A stretch of DNA of 64,000 bases from an uncultured Methanomassiliicoccales archaeon. Its GTDB lineage: Archaea; Thermoplasmatota; Thermoplasmata; Methanomassiliicoccales; UBA472. This document shows positions 19,483 through 30,067 of this stretch, in pieces. Where the stretch lies: the NCBI GenBank assembly GCA_963695345.1, contig OY968769.1, forward strand, positions 1,472,001 through 1,536,000, given 5' to 3'. The position numbers and the translations under genes are program-made. Numbering within the stretch: the stretch's first letter is position 1; every line of letters starts with the position of its first letter. The notes under the pieces were generated by a model, which had not been told where the DNA came from, ran no database searches, and saw nothing but the letters and a program-made list of their open reading frames with translations.

Positions 19483-20814
19483 TCAATCACACTTGATGAT
19501 GTGCGGGCCCTCGTCATCCCCGGGCACCTGGTCGACGTTGGTACCCAAGAGGAGGACCAGGCCGGCCAGGATGAATCCCGAGGCCATAAGGAACTCCGTC
19601 TGGTATCCGTAGTACTCGGCGACGAACCCTCCCAGCAACGACCCGAATATCGCCGCCACTCCCTGGATGGAGCTGTACATCCCCAACGATTGGGTCCGAA
19701 AGTCCCTGAAGGACATCCTGGAGACCATGGCATTGCCGGAAACGCTGATCCCAGCCCAGCATAATCCCGCCAGGGCATGCAATATCAGCAGGGCGGCGAA
19801 CAGGCCGAGGAACGGCAGGTTCATCATCGTCACCACGAAGAACGCCGGGAAGATGAAGATACGCGAGGCAAATGCGACCATCTGGATCCTTTTGCCTCCC
19901 ACGCGCCCTATGAGCCGGCCTACAAAGGCATATGTGAGCACCGACGCGACGGACGAGGCGATGTATATGATGAATATGTCCGAGTCGCTCAGACCTACGT
20001 ACTGGCTCAGGAAGATCGGGAAAGCGACATAGAAGGAAAGGAAACCGGAGAACGCCAAGAAGGTGACCAAGTAATACCGTTTCAGGTTGGCTGGGAAGTT
20101 GGTCAGCTTGAGGTTCTTGGCGCTGACCTTGGCGACGAACATGACCCTTTGGGGCAGATACCGTGCCCGTTCAATGACGTGGGCGTGGGCGTGTTCCAGG
20201 TCGTCGGGGTCGATACATTCTCTCTTGATCTTCTCCTTGGGTTCCGGGACCCATCGGAAGGCCAGAACGGTGGAGACCAGACACAGTAACGCCGCCAGCA
20301 GGAAAAGCGCCCGGGTGGAGTTCTCTCCGTCAGAGCCGTTCAGCATCATAAGCCAGACCGTGCCTATGAGCAGTCCAACGACCCAGCCCAGTCCTCCTAC
20401 CTTGCTGAAGTCGCCCAGTCGCTTGGCCCAATCCTTCTTGTCGAACGATTCCAGCACCAGGACCGTGCCCACCGGGGCTACCGCCGCCGCCAGCAGGCCG
20501 AGCATGAAGTTCGCCAGGTAATATTGCGGGATGGTGGTCGACAGCCCCATCAGAAGCAGTGCCAGGCCCATGCCCAGGAAGCCCATGATCACGAACGGTT
20601 TCCTCTTCTGCATGGTATCCGACAGGTTGCCCCATAGGATGTTGGCCGGGACGGCGGCAAGCGATGTTATCGCCGAGACGATACCGACCTGGGCGACCGT
20701 TCCCTTGAGGCCCTCGGTGACGAAAAGAGGGATGATGGGATTGGTGCTGCCGCCAGCAATGTTGTATGGCAGGAAGGTGTAGTACCACTTCTCCTCCTTC
20801 TTGTCGTCCGACAT
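19483..20814 (-). CDS. MFS transporter
   Basis: About 12 hydrophobic helices; motif A WGNLSDTMQKRK. Confidence 0.88.
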   Translation of the reverse strand: MSDDKKEEKWYYTFLPYNIAGGSTNPIIPLFVTEGLKGTVAQVGIVSAITSLAAVPANILWGNLSDTMQKRKPFVIMGFLGMGLALLLMGLSTTIPQYYLANFMLGLLAAAVAPVGTVLVLESFDKKDWAKRLGDFSKVGGLGWVVGLLIGTVWLMMLNGSDGENSTRALFLLAALLCLVSTVLAFRWVPEPKEKIKRECIDPDDLEHAHAHVIERARYLPQRVMFVAKVSAKNLKLTNFPANLKRYYLVTFLAFSGFLSFYVAFPIFLSQYVGLSDSDIFIIYIASSVASVLTYAFVGRLIGRVGGKRIQMVAFASRIFIFPAFFVVTMMNLPFLGLFAALLILHALAGLCWAGISVSGNAMVSRMSFRDFRTQSLGMYSSIQGVAAIFGSLLGGFVAEYYGYQTEFLMASGFILAGLVLLLGTNVDQVPGDDEGPHIIKCD

Positions 20815-20874
20815 TTCCCATCCTCTAATCAGGTGAATCTGGATGGGGATAATAACGGTTTGCTTGCGTCGTCA

Positions 20875-21204
20875 TCAGAGCCTGATGAAAACCGCCAGGA
20901 CGATCATTAACAGCACAAACACGGAGATGCCGACGAAACGATAGTCCTTCTCCATCCAGAAGGTGATGCCCGCCGCCAGGATCCGGACGAACGGCGTGGC
21001 GATAAGGATAACGATGCCCAGATCGATTATGGCGATGGGATCTCCCCGGCCTATGCCCTCGAGCATCCTGTCCAAGGGCAGGGTCGTTCCTTCGGTGGGC
21101 GCCAAGGCGTACAACGCCAGCCCGACGATCATGATGCAGAAGCTAAGCGCCATGCCGGAGACCAACACCAGGTACATTGTCCGGTTCATCCGTTCATTGG
21201 CCAT
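20875..21204 (-). CDS. DUF1634 membrane protein
   Basis: LGIVILIATPFVRI...EKD motif; usual partner of TauE. Confidence 0.85.
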   Translation of the reverse strand: MANERMNRTMYLVLVSGMALSFCIMIVGLALYALAPTEGTTLPLDRMLEGIGRGDPIAIIDLGIVILIATPFVRILAAGITFWMEKDYRFVGISVFVLLMIVLAVFIRL

Positions 21205-21205
21205 C

Positions 21206-22051
21206 TCAGACCGCCTCCAGGATCCCGGCGGCTTTCAGCAGCATCAATGCCGCTATGATGATTAGGGCCAGAGAGAACATGGTTCGTATCCGGTGCCCTT
21301 CGCTGCTGAAGTTCAGGCGGGTGCCGATGAAGGACCCCACGATCACTCCCACCGCCACGGTCCCCGCCAGGACCGGAGATATCAGACCATACGAATAATA
21401 GACGACCGCACCGGCCAAAGCGGTGACTCCGATCATGAAGTTGCTGGTGGCCGTGGCCGCCTTCATGGGCACGCACATGCAGGTGTTCATGACCGGGACC
21501 TTGATGACGCCTCCACCAACTCCTAGCATACCGGATGTGGCGCCGGCCAGCAGTCCTGCCCCCATTCCTGTCCTGATGCCCTTCACCCCATAGCATACCT
21601 CGTTCCCACTTCTGGCATCGGTGTAGGTGCAGGATAGATCCAGTATCTGTCCGTCCAGTTCAGCGCTTTCCGGGGATATGGTCCGTTCTGGCCTGCGGAG
21701 CATGTATATCGCGCTATACACCAGCATGGCGGCAAAGAACAATGCCAGGACCTTCTGGTCGGTATATATGGCGATCAGCGCCCCAATGATGGACCCGACG
21801 GTGGTGGTCGTCTCCAGAAGCATTCCCAGTTTGACATTGACGAATCCCTGTTGCACGTATCTTGAGGCGGAGCCGGTCGATGAGGCGATGACCCCAATGA
21901 GCGAGGCTCCGATCGCCTCCTGCATGTTGAACCCCAGCGCCAACGTCAGCGCCGGGATTATGACGATGCCCCCGCCCAGACCCAGAAGTGAACCTATCAG
22001 GCCTGCGACTATGGCGAAAGCGATAACGACCAATGCGGTCAGGGGTTCCAT
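21206..22051 (-). CDS. Sulfite exporter TauE/SafE family
   Basis: GSLLGLGGG, SGMLGVGGG..KVP, ATATSNFMIGVTA; start ATG 22051. Confidence 0.9.
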   Translation of the reverse strand: MEPLTALVVIAFAIVAGLIGSLLGLGGGIVIIPALTLALGFNMQEAIGASLIGVIASSTGSASRYVQQGFVNVKLGMLLETTTTVGSIIGALIAIYTDQKVLALFFAAMLVYSAIYMLRRPERTISPESAELDGQILDLSCTYTDARSGNEVCYGVKGIRTGMGAGLLAGATSGMLGVGGGVIKVPVMNTCMCVPMKAATATSNFMIGVTALAGAVVYYSYGLISPVLAGTVAVGVIVGSFIGTRLNFSSEGHRIRTMFSLALIIIAALMLLKAAGILEAV

Positions 22052-22168
22052 TTGTTCAGGCGTCCGATGGGCTCTCGATGGATATAACGATGCGGGCGCC
22101 GGCGGAATAGCGGACAACTGCTCGGCAATTGGAAATCCTTTTTAACCACGGCAGACTTGCGTCAGCGC

Positions 22169-23035
22169 ATGGACCTAATCCTGGTCAGGTATTCCGAGGT
22201 CGGGCTCAAGTCCCGGTCAGTCCGCTCGCGTTTTGAGAGGGTGCTGATGGATAACATGATCTCAGCCTTGGCCAGGGAGGGGATCGAGGCGCTGGTAAAC
22301 TGCGACCAGGGCCGCATATATGTCCGAACCGACAAGGCCCGGATCGACGACGGCATCAAGGTCCTGCAGAGGGTGTTCGGCATCGCTTCCGTGTCGCCCG
22401 TGATCGAGACGTCGAGCGACATGGAATCGATCATGGAGACCGCGGTGACGTACTCAAGGGAGCTGCTCGCCGATGGATCCACGTTCAAGATCAAGTCCCG
22501 GCGGGTCGGTTCGCATCCCTATCACCAGCATGGATATCGCCGTTCGCGTGGGTGAGGCGGTCCTTAATGCCAACAGTGACCGTGGGATCAGAGTGGACAT
22601 CCGCAACCCCATCAAGGAGATCTTCGTCGAGGTCCGGGAAAACCAGACCTTCATCTTCTCCGAGTATTGCGAAGGGACCGGAGGTCTGCCGATGGGCAGC
22701 CAGGGGAAGGTATTGGTGGTTCTGGAAAGGGACACCGACGCCTTGGCAGCTTGGTTGATCATGAAACGCGGGTGCCGTGCCGTTGCCATCGCCGACGGGG
22801 AAAACGAGGCGGTGCGAATAGTGAGAAAGTGGGACCCCGAATTGAAGGTCTGCCCCCAGGTGACCTGCAGGCCTATTGTCGGAAGTTCAAGGCATCGGCG
22901 GTCGTCTACGGATTCCTTGTGGAGGACGAGGTCCGGATCAAGGAGAGCGCTGTACTTCCAGTTCCAGCGTTCTATCCGATCATCGGCATGGATGGGCCGA
23001 CCATCACCGCAAGGATGGAACAGATCCGCGGCTGA
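22169..23035 (+). CDS. THUMP-domain ThiI-like protein with degenerate PP-loop; two indels (about 22523 and 22851)
   Basis: LVRYSEVGLKS, VFGIASVSP, FKIKSRR in frame 1; TSMD..GE, GGLPMGSQGKVL in frame 2; C-terminus ...FYPIIG in frame 3. TTTTTAA TATA at about 22139-22145. Confidence 0.8.
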
Positions 23036-23166
23036 TCGCCTTCTGCCCAAGCACCTTCCATCATTCCAGACTCTCCAGGCAGCCCCATGGCTCGTCAGTG
23101 GTCGGTTACAGTAAAAATGGGAAAGGATCGCCCTTCCGGGCGAAAGAAATCGTTCAAAGAGGTTTC

Positions 23167-23817
23167 TTACTTGTTGTGGTGGTCGTGCGCGGCACCGCTG
23201 GGGCGCATCTTCTCCGCGCCCTTGCCCTTCCATCTCAGGCCACGTCCCTTGTGACCGGCGGAGGTCAGACCGCGGTAGACTCTGCCCTTGTGCACCGGAC
23301 TGCAGATCCAGTTGATCTTCGGGTCCGACATGATGACCGGGTGGTGCTTGTCGACCAGGACGATCTCGTACCAAACGTTCCTGCCGTCCTCTCCGACCCA
23401 GTAGGAGTTCAGGACTTCCAGGTTCGGGTAGCGCTTGGCGCATCTCTCCTCAACCATCCACTTCAGGCTCTTGCCGGCGGTGAGCTTGTTGATACCTTTC
23501 CTCTTTGCGCGGCGACCCTTCCAGCGCATCTTGCGCCTCTGGAGCGAGCCCTTCCTGACATGTCCCCGGACCACGACGTATCCCTGCTTGGCCTTGAATC
23601 CCAAGGCGCGGGCACGGTCCAGCCTGGTGGGGTGATCCACACGGCAGAAGTTCTCTTCCCGGCGCCATGCGATCATCCTGTCAAACATGAGGTCTTTAAC
23701 GTAGGTAGCGTCCGGCCTGTTCCAGGCCTCGGCTATGTACTTGTACATGCTCTTGCCAGAGATGTTCCTCTTGGCCTCTGGCTCTGCGCCCTCAACGGGC
23801 TTCTCGTGCTCTGCCAT
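23167..23817 (-). CDS. rpl15e: 50S ribosomal protein L15e
   Basis: [38 protein letters not shown]. Confidence 0.97.
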   Translation of the reverse strand: MAEHEKPVEGAEPEAKRNISGKSMYKYIAEAWNRPDATYVKDLMFDRMIAWRREENFCRVDHPTRLDRARALGFKAKQGYVVVRGHVRKGSLQRRKMRWKGRRAKRKGINKLTAGKSLKWMVEERCAKRYPNLEVLNSYWVGEDGRNVWYEIVLVDKHHPVIMSDPKINWICSPVHKGRVYRGLTSAGHKGRGLRWKGKGAEKMRPSGAAHDHHNK

Positions 23818-23915
23818 AGTGTATCACTTCCGCCGCGATAATTAGTGGAAGCGGCGTTTCGGGATTCGCCCTTGTCAGGGTACATTTCCTACGGGATCAC
23901 TTCAATCCCGTCACT
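23818..23915 (-). ncRNA. Structured 5' leader of rpl15e (probable eL15 ribosomal-protein leader)
   Basis: Between TATA (TTTTATAT, 23938-23945 minus) and start; stems 23891-97/23905-11 and 23831-36/23851-56; alternative 23827-31/23847-51 pairing overlaps the GGAAGTGA RBS. Confidence 0.55.
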
Positions 23916-24036
23916 GTTTGCAGGACTAGGATTACGATATAAAAGGATTTTGTCCCGTTTGTTCACCTTTCTTACCTTCCGGTCGGGTCATATTGGTCAT
24001 CCTTTATCTAGTAAGGAGTCGAAAAATATCATCGCC

Positions 24037-24990
24037 ATGCTGGACCAATTGATATTTCTTACCACGGGTTTGGTCGTGATCTATTTCGGCGGTCGCTGGA
24101 TAGTGGGGGGTGGCTCGCAGCTAGCCATAGCGATAGGAGTAGAGCCAGTAGTCGTTGGTCTAACCGTGGTTGCCTATGGGACCTCCGTTCCAGAGCTGTT
24201 CCTGGGGATCATTGCAGGATATGAAGGAGTGAACCGCATTTCGTTCGGGAATATCATTGGCTCGAGCATATCCAATGCCACGTACGTGCTCGGCGTATGC
24301 GCGGTCATGGTTCCGATTGTTATCCGATTCGCGTCGATCCGCTTGGAGAGCCTTTTCATGATCTTTTCAGTTGCCCTGCTCGCCCTTCTCTCCCTTGATG
24401 GCCAGATTTCGCCGATAGACGGATTGTTGTTGCTGTCCGCTTTCCTAATCGGCCTGGCACTGATGCTCAAACACCATAAGAAAGTGGGTTGTCCATCATG
24501 CGTTCAGGATGAGTACCGGGAGGCGTTGAAAAACGGTGGTACGGTTTGGTCCAGCATATCGAAATTAACGGTAGGCATCGGATTGCTCGCTATCGGAGCC
24601 CAAACAGCGGTCTCCGGTGCCTCTGGCTTGGCGATGCAGGCAGGGATCAGCCCATTCTTTGTCGGTCTGACCATCGTCTCCATTGGGACCACTTTGCCTG
24701 AACTAACAGTCAGTGTCATTGCGGCGAGAAAACACCAGACCGATCTGGCCATCGGGAATGCGGTCGGGTCGGTGACCTTCAATTCCCTCGTCGTCGCTGG
24801 CTCGGCGTCAATGATCGGAGGCTTCGCCGTGACCGGACAATTGTTCTGGATCGGAATCGTCCCATTGATCGTCTTCTCGGTGCTCTTGTCGCTTCTGATC
24901 TGGAGGGAAGTTCCGATATCCAGGAAGGATGGCCTGGTGATAGTCAGTTCGTACATTGGCTATTTTATCATAACCGCTTTGGTTTTCTGA
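24037..24990 (+). CDS. Ca2+/Na+ antiporter (YrbG/CaCA family)
   Basis: Two alpha repeats GTSVPE..GNIIGS and GTTLPE..GNAVGS; start ATG 24037. Confidence 0.92.
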   Translation: MLDQLIFLTTGLVVIYFGGRWIVGGGSQLAIAIGVEPVVVGLTVVAYGTSVPELFLGIIAGYEGVNRISFGNIIGSSISNATYVLGVCAVMVPIVIRFASIRLESLFMIFSVALLALLSLDGQISPIDGLLLLSAFLIGLALMLKHHKKVGCPSCVQDEYREALKNGGTVWSSISKLTVGIGLLAIGAQTAVSGASGLAMQAGISPFFVGLTIVSIGTTLPELTVSVIAARKHQTDLAIGNAVGSVTFNSLVVAGSASMIGGFAVTGQLFWIGIVPLIVFSVLLSLLIWREVPISRKDGLVIVSSYIGYFIITALVF

Positions 24991-24994
24991 GCTT

Positions 24995-27412
24995 CTAGAA
25001 GAAATCATCCAGCGTCAGTTTCTTGTCGGTCTTCTTGACCTCTGCCTTTTTCGCCGTCTCGATAGGGGTGGGTTTCCGCTCCCCGCTGTCGCAGAACGCG
25101 GAGTTCAGGAAGTTCATCTGCTGATTGCCAGCCATGAGCGATTTGTCGTCCCAACCGAAAACCTCAGTCGCCCGGCCAAGCGATTGGGCGATCCGTTCCG
25201 CGTAATAGCGATAGTCCGGCTGTCCGATGAACTTCCGTCCCGACACATAGGGTTCCGCCTCTTGGGGCGATTTCTTCGAGTTGGTCACGATCCAGGAGAC
25301 CTTCATGCCGGGCACGAACTGTTCCCCCGAGGCCATCAGCTTCTTGGCCACCTGGACGGTAAGCTGGGAATCCGGCTTGGCGTACTGGTTGAACGGCCTG
25401 CACCCTTTTGAGATGACCAATTTCTCGATCGCGATCTTACCGCACAATGTATCCTGGACATACTGTTTGGCGATCTTGACCGCCTCGTCCATCTTTTCGT
25501 CCATGATCTTGTCGAAGACCGCCATGAGGGCCTCCGACTGGAGCTCGAAGGAGTCGGTGCGGCGTATCTCATAGCCGCGGATGACCAGCTCCTCCTTTGG
25601 CCAGACCATGCGACCCACGTAACGCTTCTTCTTCCCATGGGAGAACAGGGGTTCCATGATCTTTTCGAACTCCAGGGATCCGCCCTCCTTGGAGAAGCGT
25701 TCGGCCAGCTCGGTGCCGAACTCTATCGATTCCTTCAGGTCATCGTGGGGCGACTGGACGAACACTGAATCGGTATCGGAATAGATGACGTGCCTTCCTT
25801 CGGCCTCCAGCTCCTGGATGATGCCCTTGGTCCTCTCCCTGGCATAGGCGGTGATGGATGAACCGATGGAGCGGTCGGTGAACCGATAGAACGATGAGGC
25901 GAACACCCCGTAGAAGGAGTTCATCAGAACCTTGATGGCTGCCTGCAGTCCGTCATAATAGCGGGCCTCCTCCGGCGTCTTGGCCGATTTCATCTTGGCC
26001 TTGGTGTCGTCCCTGGCCTTCATCAGGTTGGACATCATGGTGGGCAGGATCCCCGGCTTCTGCTCCCGGCTAAGGAAATGCACGCCTGTCGGCGAAACGT
26101 TGGTACCGGCATCTTCCCTAGTGGTGAAGCAGATGTTCTTGCTGATGATGAGCGACGGGTACATCGACTTGAAGTCCAAGACGCACACCCAGTGATACAG
26201 ACCCGGTTCTATCTCATGCACGTATCCGCCTTCGATGGCCTCGTCATCGGTGTCGAAGTCACCCGTCAGTGGGACTCCCACACGGGGCACCGCCCGGTCT
26301 GCCTCCCTTATCAGGATGGAATCGACCAGCATCGAACTGCCGGAGTTCAGCACATCGTCCACCGGCAAACGCGACACCGCCGCCAGGTCCAGGTTCTTAC
26401 GGATGCGGCCAACCTTCTCCAGGACCTTCAGCGCCAGGCTGGCGTCTTGCCGGCAGTACCGCAGCACCTTGTCCTTGTCATGGAGCCATTCCTCGTCCAT
26501 GTTCTTTGCGGAGACGTCCATCTTCTCTTCGTTGAGCAGCAGCTTCGAGACCGCGTTGAGCGTTTCCTGTTTCGGCCTCAGTTCCGTCCTGACCGCCCAC
26601 CACGCGTCGACGATCAGCCGTCCGGTCAGCCGCCAGAACTTCTGGATAGAGCGTGGGTCGGAGCGGTCCCGTCCCCAGTTGAGCGTCCTTACGCCCACCT
26701 TCTGCGCCCTTTCCAGGATCTTAGGGATATCGTAACCGTCGATGTTGTAACCGGTGATGACGTCCGGATCCTCCTTCTGGATGATCTCAGAGAAACGCTG
26801 GATGATGTGCTTCTCGGTACCCTCGATCATCTCTCCGTCGCGGATCTGGGCTCCGTCCCTGACAACGTAGCAGATGGTCAGGATGTTCCCGTTCGTGATG
26901 GAGTTCTCCAGGTCGAACGAGAGGATGCGCAGCTCAGGTGTGAACGGCTCGATCTCCTCGAAGCGGTCCATGTCCACGACCAGGTCGGTGGTGTAATCTC
27001 CCTTTGCCGGTGTCCCGTAGACCCGTATGCAGGAGCTCATGTCCTTGTCATAGATGAACCGGTGGTGGAACGGTATGTCCGCGGCCAGGACCTCAAAGTT
27101 CTGTCGCTTGATGTCCTGCCTGAAATTGGGCACGGTCCAGGGATACTTCACGGTGACCTGGGCGGCCGGACGGACCCGGCCCTTGTAGTACAATTCCAGG
27201 TCCTTGATCTCCAGGACATCGGGGTTCTGCTTCAGACGGGCCAAGAGGTCAGGCCTGGGCTCGATGATCTGAAAATACGGTCTGAACCCGAAGTTGCGCA
27301 CCACGATCGAACGGCCATCCCTGGTCTTGCCGTAGAGCTCGACCATGACCTCATCGCGGTCTGCCATCTTCCGGTATGACGCGGTCAGCAGCCGCAGCTC
27401 GTACGTTTCCAT
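24995..27412 (-). CDS. polB: Family B DNA polymerase
   Basis: Exonuclease FDLE and GYNIDGYD; polymerase DFKSMYPS, KVLMNSFYG, YSDTDS, KKRY; PIP-like KLTLDDFF; no intein; start ATG 27412. Confidence 0.96.
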   Translation of the reverse strand: METYELRLLTASYRKMADRDEVMVELYGKTRDGRSIVVRNFGFRPYFQIIEPRPDLLARLKQNPDVLEIKDLELYYKGRVRPAAQVTVKYPWTVPNFRQDIKRQNFEVLAADIPFHHRFIYDKDMSSCIRVYGTPAKGDYTTDLVVDMDRFEEIEPFTPELRILSFDLENSITNGNILTICYVVRDGAQIRDGEMIEGTEKHIIQRFSEIIQKEDPDVITGYNIDGYDIPKILERAQKVGVRTLNWGRDRSDPRSIQKFWRLTGRLIVDAWWAVRTELRPKQETLNAVSKLLLNEEKMDVSAKNMDEEWLHDKDKVLRYCRQDASLALKVLEKVGRIRKNLDLAAVSRLPVDDVLNSGSSMLVDSILIREADRAVPRVGVPLTGDFDTDDEAIEGGYVHEIEPGLYHWVCVLDFKSMYPSLIISKNICFTTREDAGTNVSPTGVHFLSREQKPGILPTMMSNLMKARDDTKAKMKSAKTPEEARYYDGLQAAIKVLMNSFYGVFASSFYRFTDRSIGSSITAYARERTKGIIQELEAEGRHVIYSDTDSVFVQSPHDDLKESIEFGTELAERFSKEGGSLEFEKIMEPLFSHGKKKRYVGRMVWPKEELVIRGYEIRRTDSFELQSEALMAVFDKIMDEKMDEAVKIAKQYVQDTLCGKIAIEKLVISKGCRPFNQYAKPDSQLTVQVAKKLMASGEQFVPGMKVSWIVTNSKKSPQEAEPYVSGRKFIGQPDYRYYAERIAQSLGRATEVFGWDDKSLMAGNQQMNFLNSAFCDSGERKPTPIETAKKAEVKKTDKKLTLDDFF

Positions 27413-27416
27413 TGCC

Positions 27417-28607
27417 TCACTTTCTCGATATGATGGTGATAACGTCGCCGTCCTGGAGGACATAGTCGTGTCCTACGATGCGTTTCGTCTTGGCGTTGAT
27501 GGCCCGGATGAAACCTTCCCCCAGGTCGGTGTGGATCTTGTATGCCAGGTCCTTGGCGGTGCTGCCGCGGCGGATCAGATGGGCATCTGGGAGTATGTTC
27601 CCGCTGTGGTCCGTGAGCCTGGTCTCGTCCTCCACCGGGTAGACGACGATAAGGTCCAGCAGCTGGAACGCGGCCTTTTCCAATGCCGTTTGGACCCCGG
27701 TGCTGCCCACCCTCTTCATGGTGTGGTCCATGACGTCGATGGCCTTCTTCTGTCCGGCGGTCAGCTTGGCCGGGTCCGGGATGGTGAATGACGTATCTCC
27801 GGGCGCATAATTGACCAGCTTCGCCTTCGCCGCCTTCTTCAGGGCCAGCTCGGTCTCCGCGCAGGTAGCGATGGTGATGTAGTCGGGAAGCTTCGAAAGG
27901 CGCTTGATGTTCTCGTCGCTGGCCACGTCCGACTTGTTGTAGGCGATCAGGATCGGTTTCGACAGGCGCCTGATGTTGTCCGCCAGGCGGAGCATCTCCT
28001 CGTCCTTCCAGATCATCGGGTTGACGGGCATGTTCGATTCCCGCAGGGCCGTGCATATTGCCGGCATCGGGACCCCCAGACCGGTGAGGCGGTCATGGAT
28101 GACCTCCTCCATCTTCTGACCCTCAAGATGCGCCATTCTCGCCGCCTTTTCAAAACCCTTCTCGATGATGCCCTTCATCCAGTGGGCGATCTCGTTCTCG
28201 AGGAACTTGATGTCGACCATGGGGTCGTGGGTCCCCGTCGGGACCGGGTTCCCGTCGGAATCGGTGGAGCCGGAGGCGTCGATTATGTGTATGAACGCGT
28301 CCGCCTGCCTGAGGTCATCGAGGAACTGGTTGCCCAGCCCCTTCCCCTGCCAGGCGTCGGGGACCAGACCGGCGACGTCCAGAAGCTCGACCGGGACCAT
28401 CCTGGTGCCGTTGTCGCAGGCGGAGTTCCTAGGTTGGCACTTCACTCCGAAGTGCTTCTCCGGGCACGGCGCCCTTAGGTACCCTACCCCCTTGTTCGGT
28501 TTGATGGTAGTGAAAGGATAAGCGGCGATCTCTGCACTGGCCATGGTGGCGGCGGAGAAGAAGGTGGATTTACCGACGTTCGGTTTGCCGACTATTCCAA
28601 TTAACAT
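27417..28607 (-). CDS. ychF: Archaeal YchF/Obg-family GTPase with TGS domain
   Basis: GKPNVGKST, YPFTTI, DVAGLV, NKSD, IHTDLG. Confidence 0.94.
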   Translation of the reverse strand: MLIGIVGKPNVGKSTFFSAATMASAEIAAYPFTTIKPNKGVGYLRAPCPEKHFGVKCQPRNSACDNGTRMVPVELLDVAGLVPDAWQGKGLGNQFLDDLRQADAFIHIIDASGSTDSDGNPVPTGTHDPMVDIKFLENEIAHWMKGIIEKGFEKAARMAHLEGQKMEEVIHDRLTGLGVPMPAICTALRESNMPVNPMIWKDEEMLRLADNIRRLSKPILIAYNKSDVASDENIKRLSKLPDYITIATCAETELALKKAAKAKLVNYAPGDTSFTIPDPAKLTAGQKKAIDVMDHTMKRVGSTGVQTALEKAAFQLLDLIVVYPVEDETRLTDHSGNILPDAHLIRRGSTAKDLAYKIHTDLGEGFIRAINAKTKRIVGHDYVLQDGDVITIISRK

Positions 28608-28660
28608 GATTATCGTCAATGGTAAGCTGATTGGCGTAGAAAAATGATTGCCTGAATGGT

Positions 28661-29420
28661 TCAGACCACTCTTTTTTCAGGGAATGCTACCTTGGGGCGC
28701 TTCCTCAGGAATGATGCCGCGACATCGTTGACCATCCTCTCGGCGGTCTCGATCGGTATCGACAAGGTCAGCAGGTCAGGCGGCAGCCATTCGTTGACCG
28801 TGGGGTCGGTGGGCCCTGTTGATCAGGGCGTCCTTCGGTGCCTTTTCCGAAACGCCGGAGGCGTAGCTGATCATCGAGGAGCAGGCCGGCCCCCATGGCG
28901 CGATGCAGGCGCCGAACGCATCATCGCTGCCGAACTCGGCCAACGCGATCAGGTTCCGGATGTTCTCCGCTTTCCCGAAGCACAGAATGCTCAAAGCCCG
29001 GCATCCCTCCACCTTCCTGTTAAATGGAGCAATGACTATGAACTTCCCTGGAGGAGTAAGCTTCCCTACCCGGACCATGCTTCTCAAGGTGATCGCCGGG
29101 TCCCGTTTGAGGTACTCGGCAGCCCCGTTCCGAAATGTGGGTGAGCCGGTGGAGATGAAGAATTCGAGCCCCTTCGGCAAAGGAACGTATCCGAGCCAGA
29201 ACTGGCCCCCGGGACAGCAGCCTCCGAGATGCTCTTCCCCCAAGAAAACGGTCTGACCATCCTCGTGGGCGATGGCGAAGATGGCGTGCGCCACACACCT
29301 GTCTATTTTTGATATGTGGACAGCAGCCTCCGGGATCGAATCCGACCCATACACAACAAGGGGATGATTCTCCAAACGTCCCGCTGCCATGAGCTCCGAA
29401 CCAATTCTTGCCACGTCCAT
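28661..29420 (-). CDS. DUF169-family protein; extra base near 28819
   Basis: CPGG..WLG, FISTG..AEYLK, PWGPACS; shifted frame continues GPTDPTVNEWLPP to TGA at 28661. Confidence 0.75.
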
Positions 29421-29618
29421 AATATTCGAAAATATATTCTATATCCTGTTATTTAATGTGTTCAAGCACTACCTTGTCGCATGACGCGCATGTTCCGATC
29501 GGTCGGCGATGGGCGTGATGTCATAGGCTCCAGACAGGCAGTATTCTATTGTCCCGACATTATCAGCCAATAGAGTCAGGTCAAACCATTTATTACCCCA
29601 ATGGGCGGTCCTAACCCG

Positions 29619-30067
29619 ATGAACGACGCGATCAAGGAAGATCTCCTATTGAAATTCAAGCGATGGGCGATCTATTTCGTTATGATTTTGGTCGGTGTGG
29701 TCATCATCGCACTGCTATCGACCTTGACCTATCGATGTCTATAAGATGCTGACCGATCCGGACTATATCATCACCTCCAAGGCTGAGGTCCTGGCATTCA
29801 TCGGTATGTTCCTGCTGGTCATCATCAATTTCGAGCTTATCGATATTCTGTATCTTTATACCAAGACCCAGAAGATCCATGTCGAGGTCGTTCTGCTGGT
29901 CGGTCTGACCGCCGTGTCTCGGGAACTGATCGTGTTCAATTATGAGGATAACAATGGGGCATTGATAGCCGGTCTGGGTGTGCTTATCGCGGCCCTTTCT
30001 GTGGCCTATTTCCTAATCCGGAAGGTCTACAACGACTACGGGGTCAACGATCCACGAAAACGACTAG
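29619..30067 (+). CDS. Phosphate-starvation-inducible PsiE-family membrane protein; indels near 29730 and 30052
   Basis: ATG 29619 TM helix, then FLLVIINFELIDIL..IHVEVVLLVGLTAVSRELIV; natural stop probably TAG 30065-30067. Confidence 0.75.
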
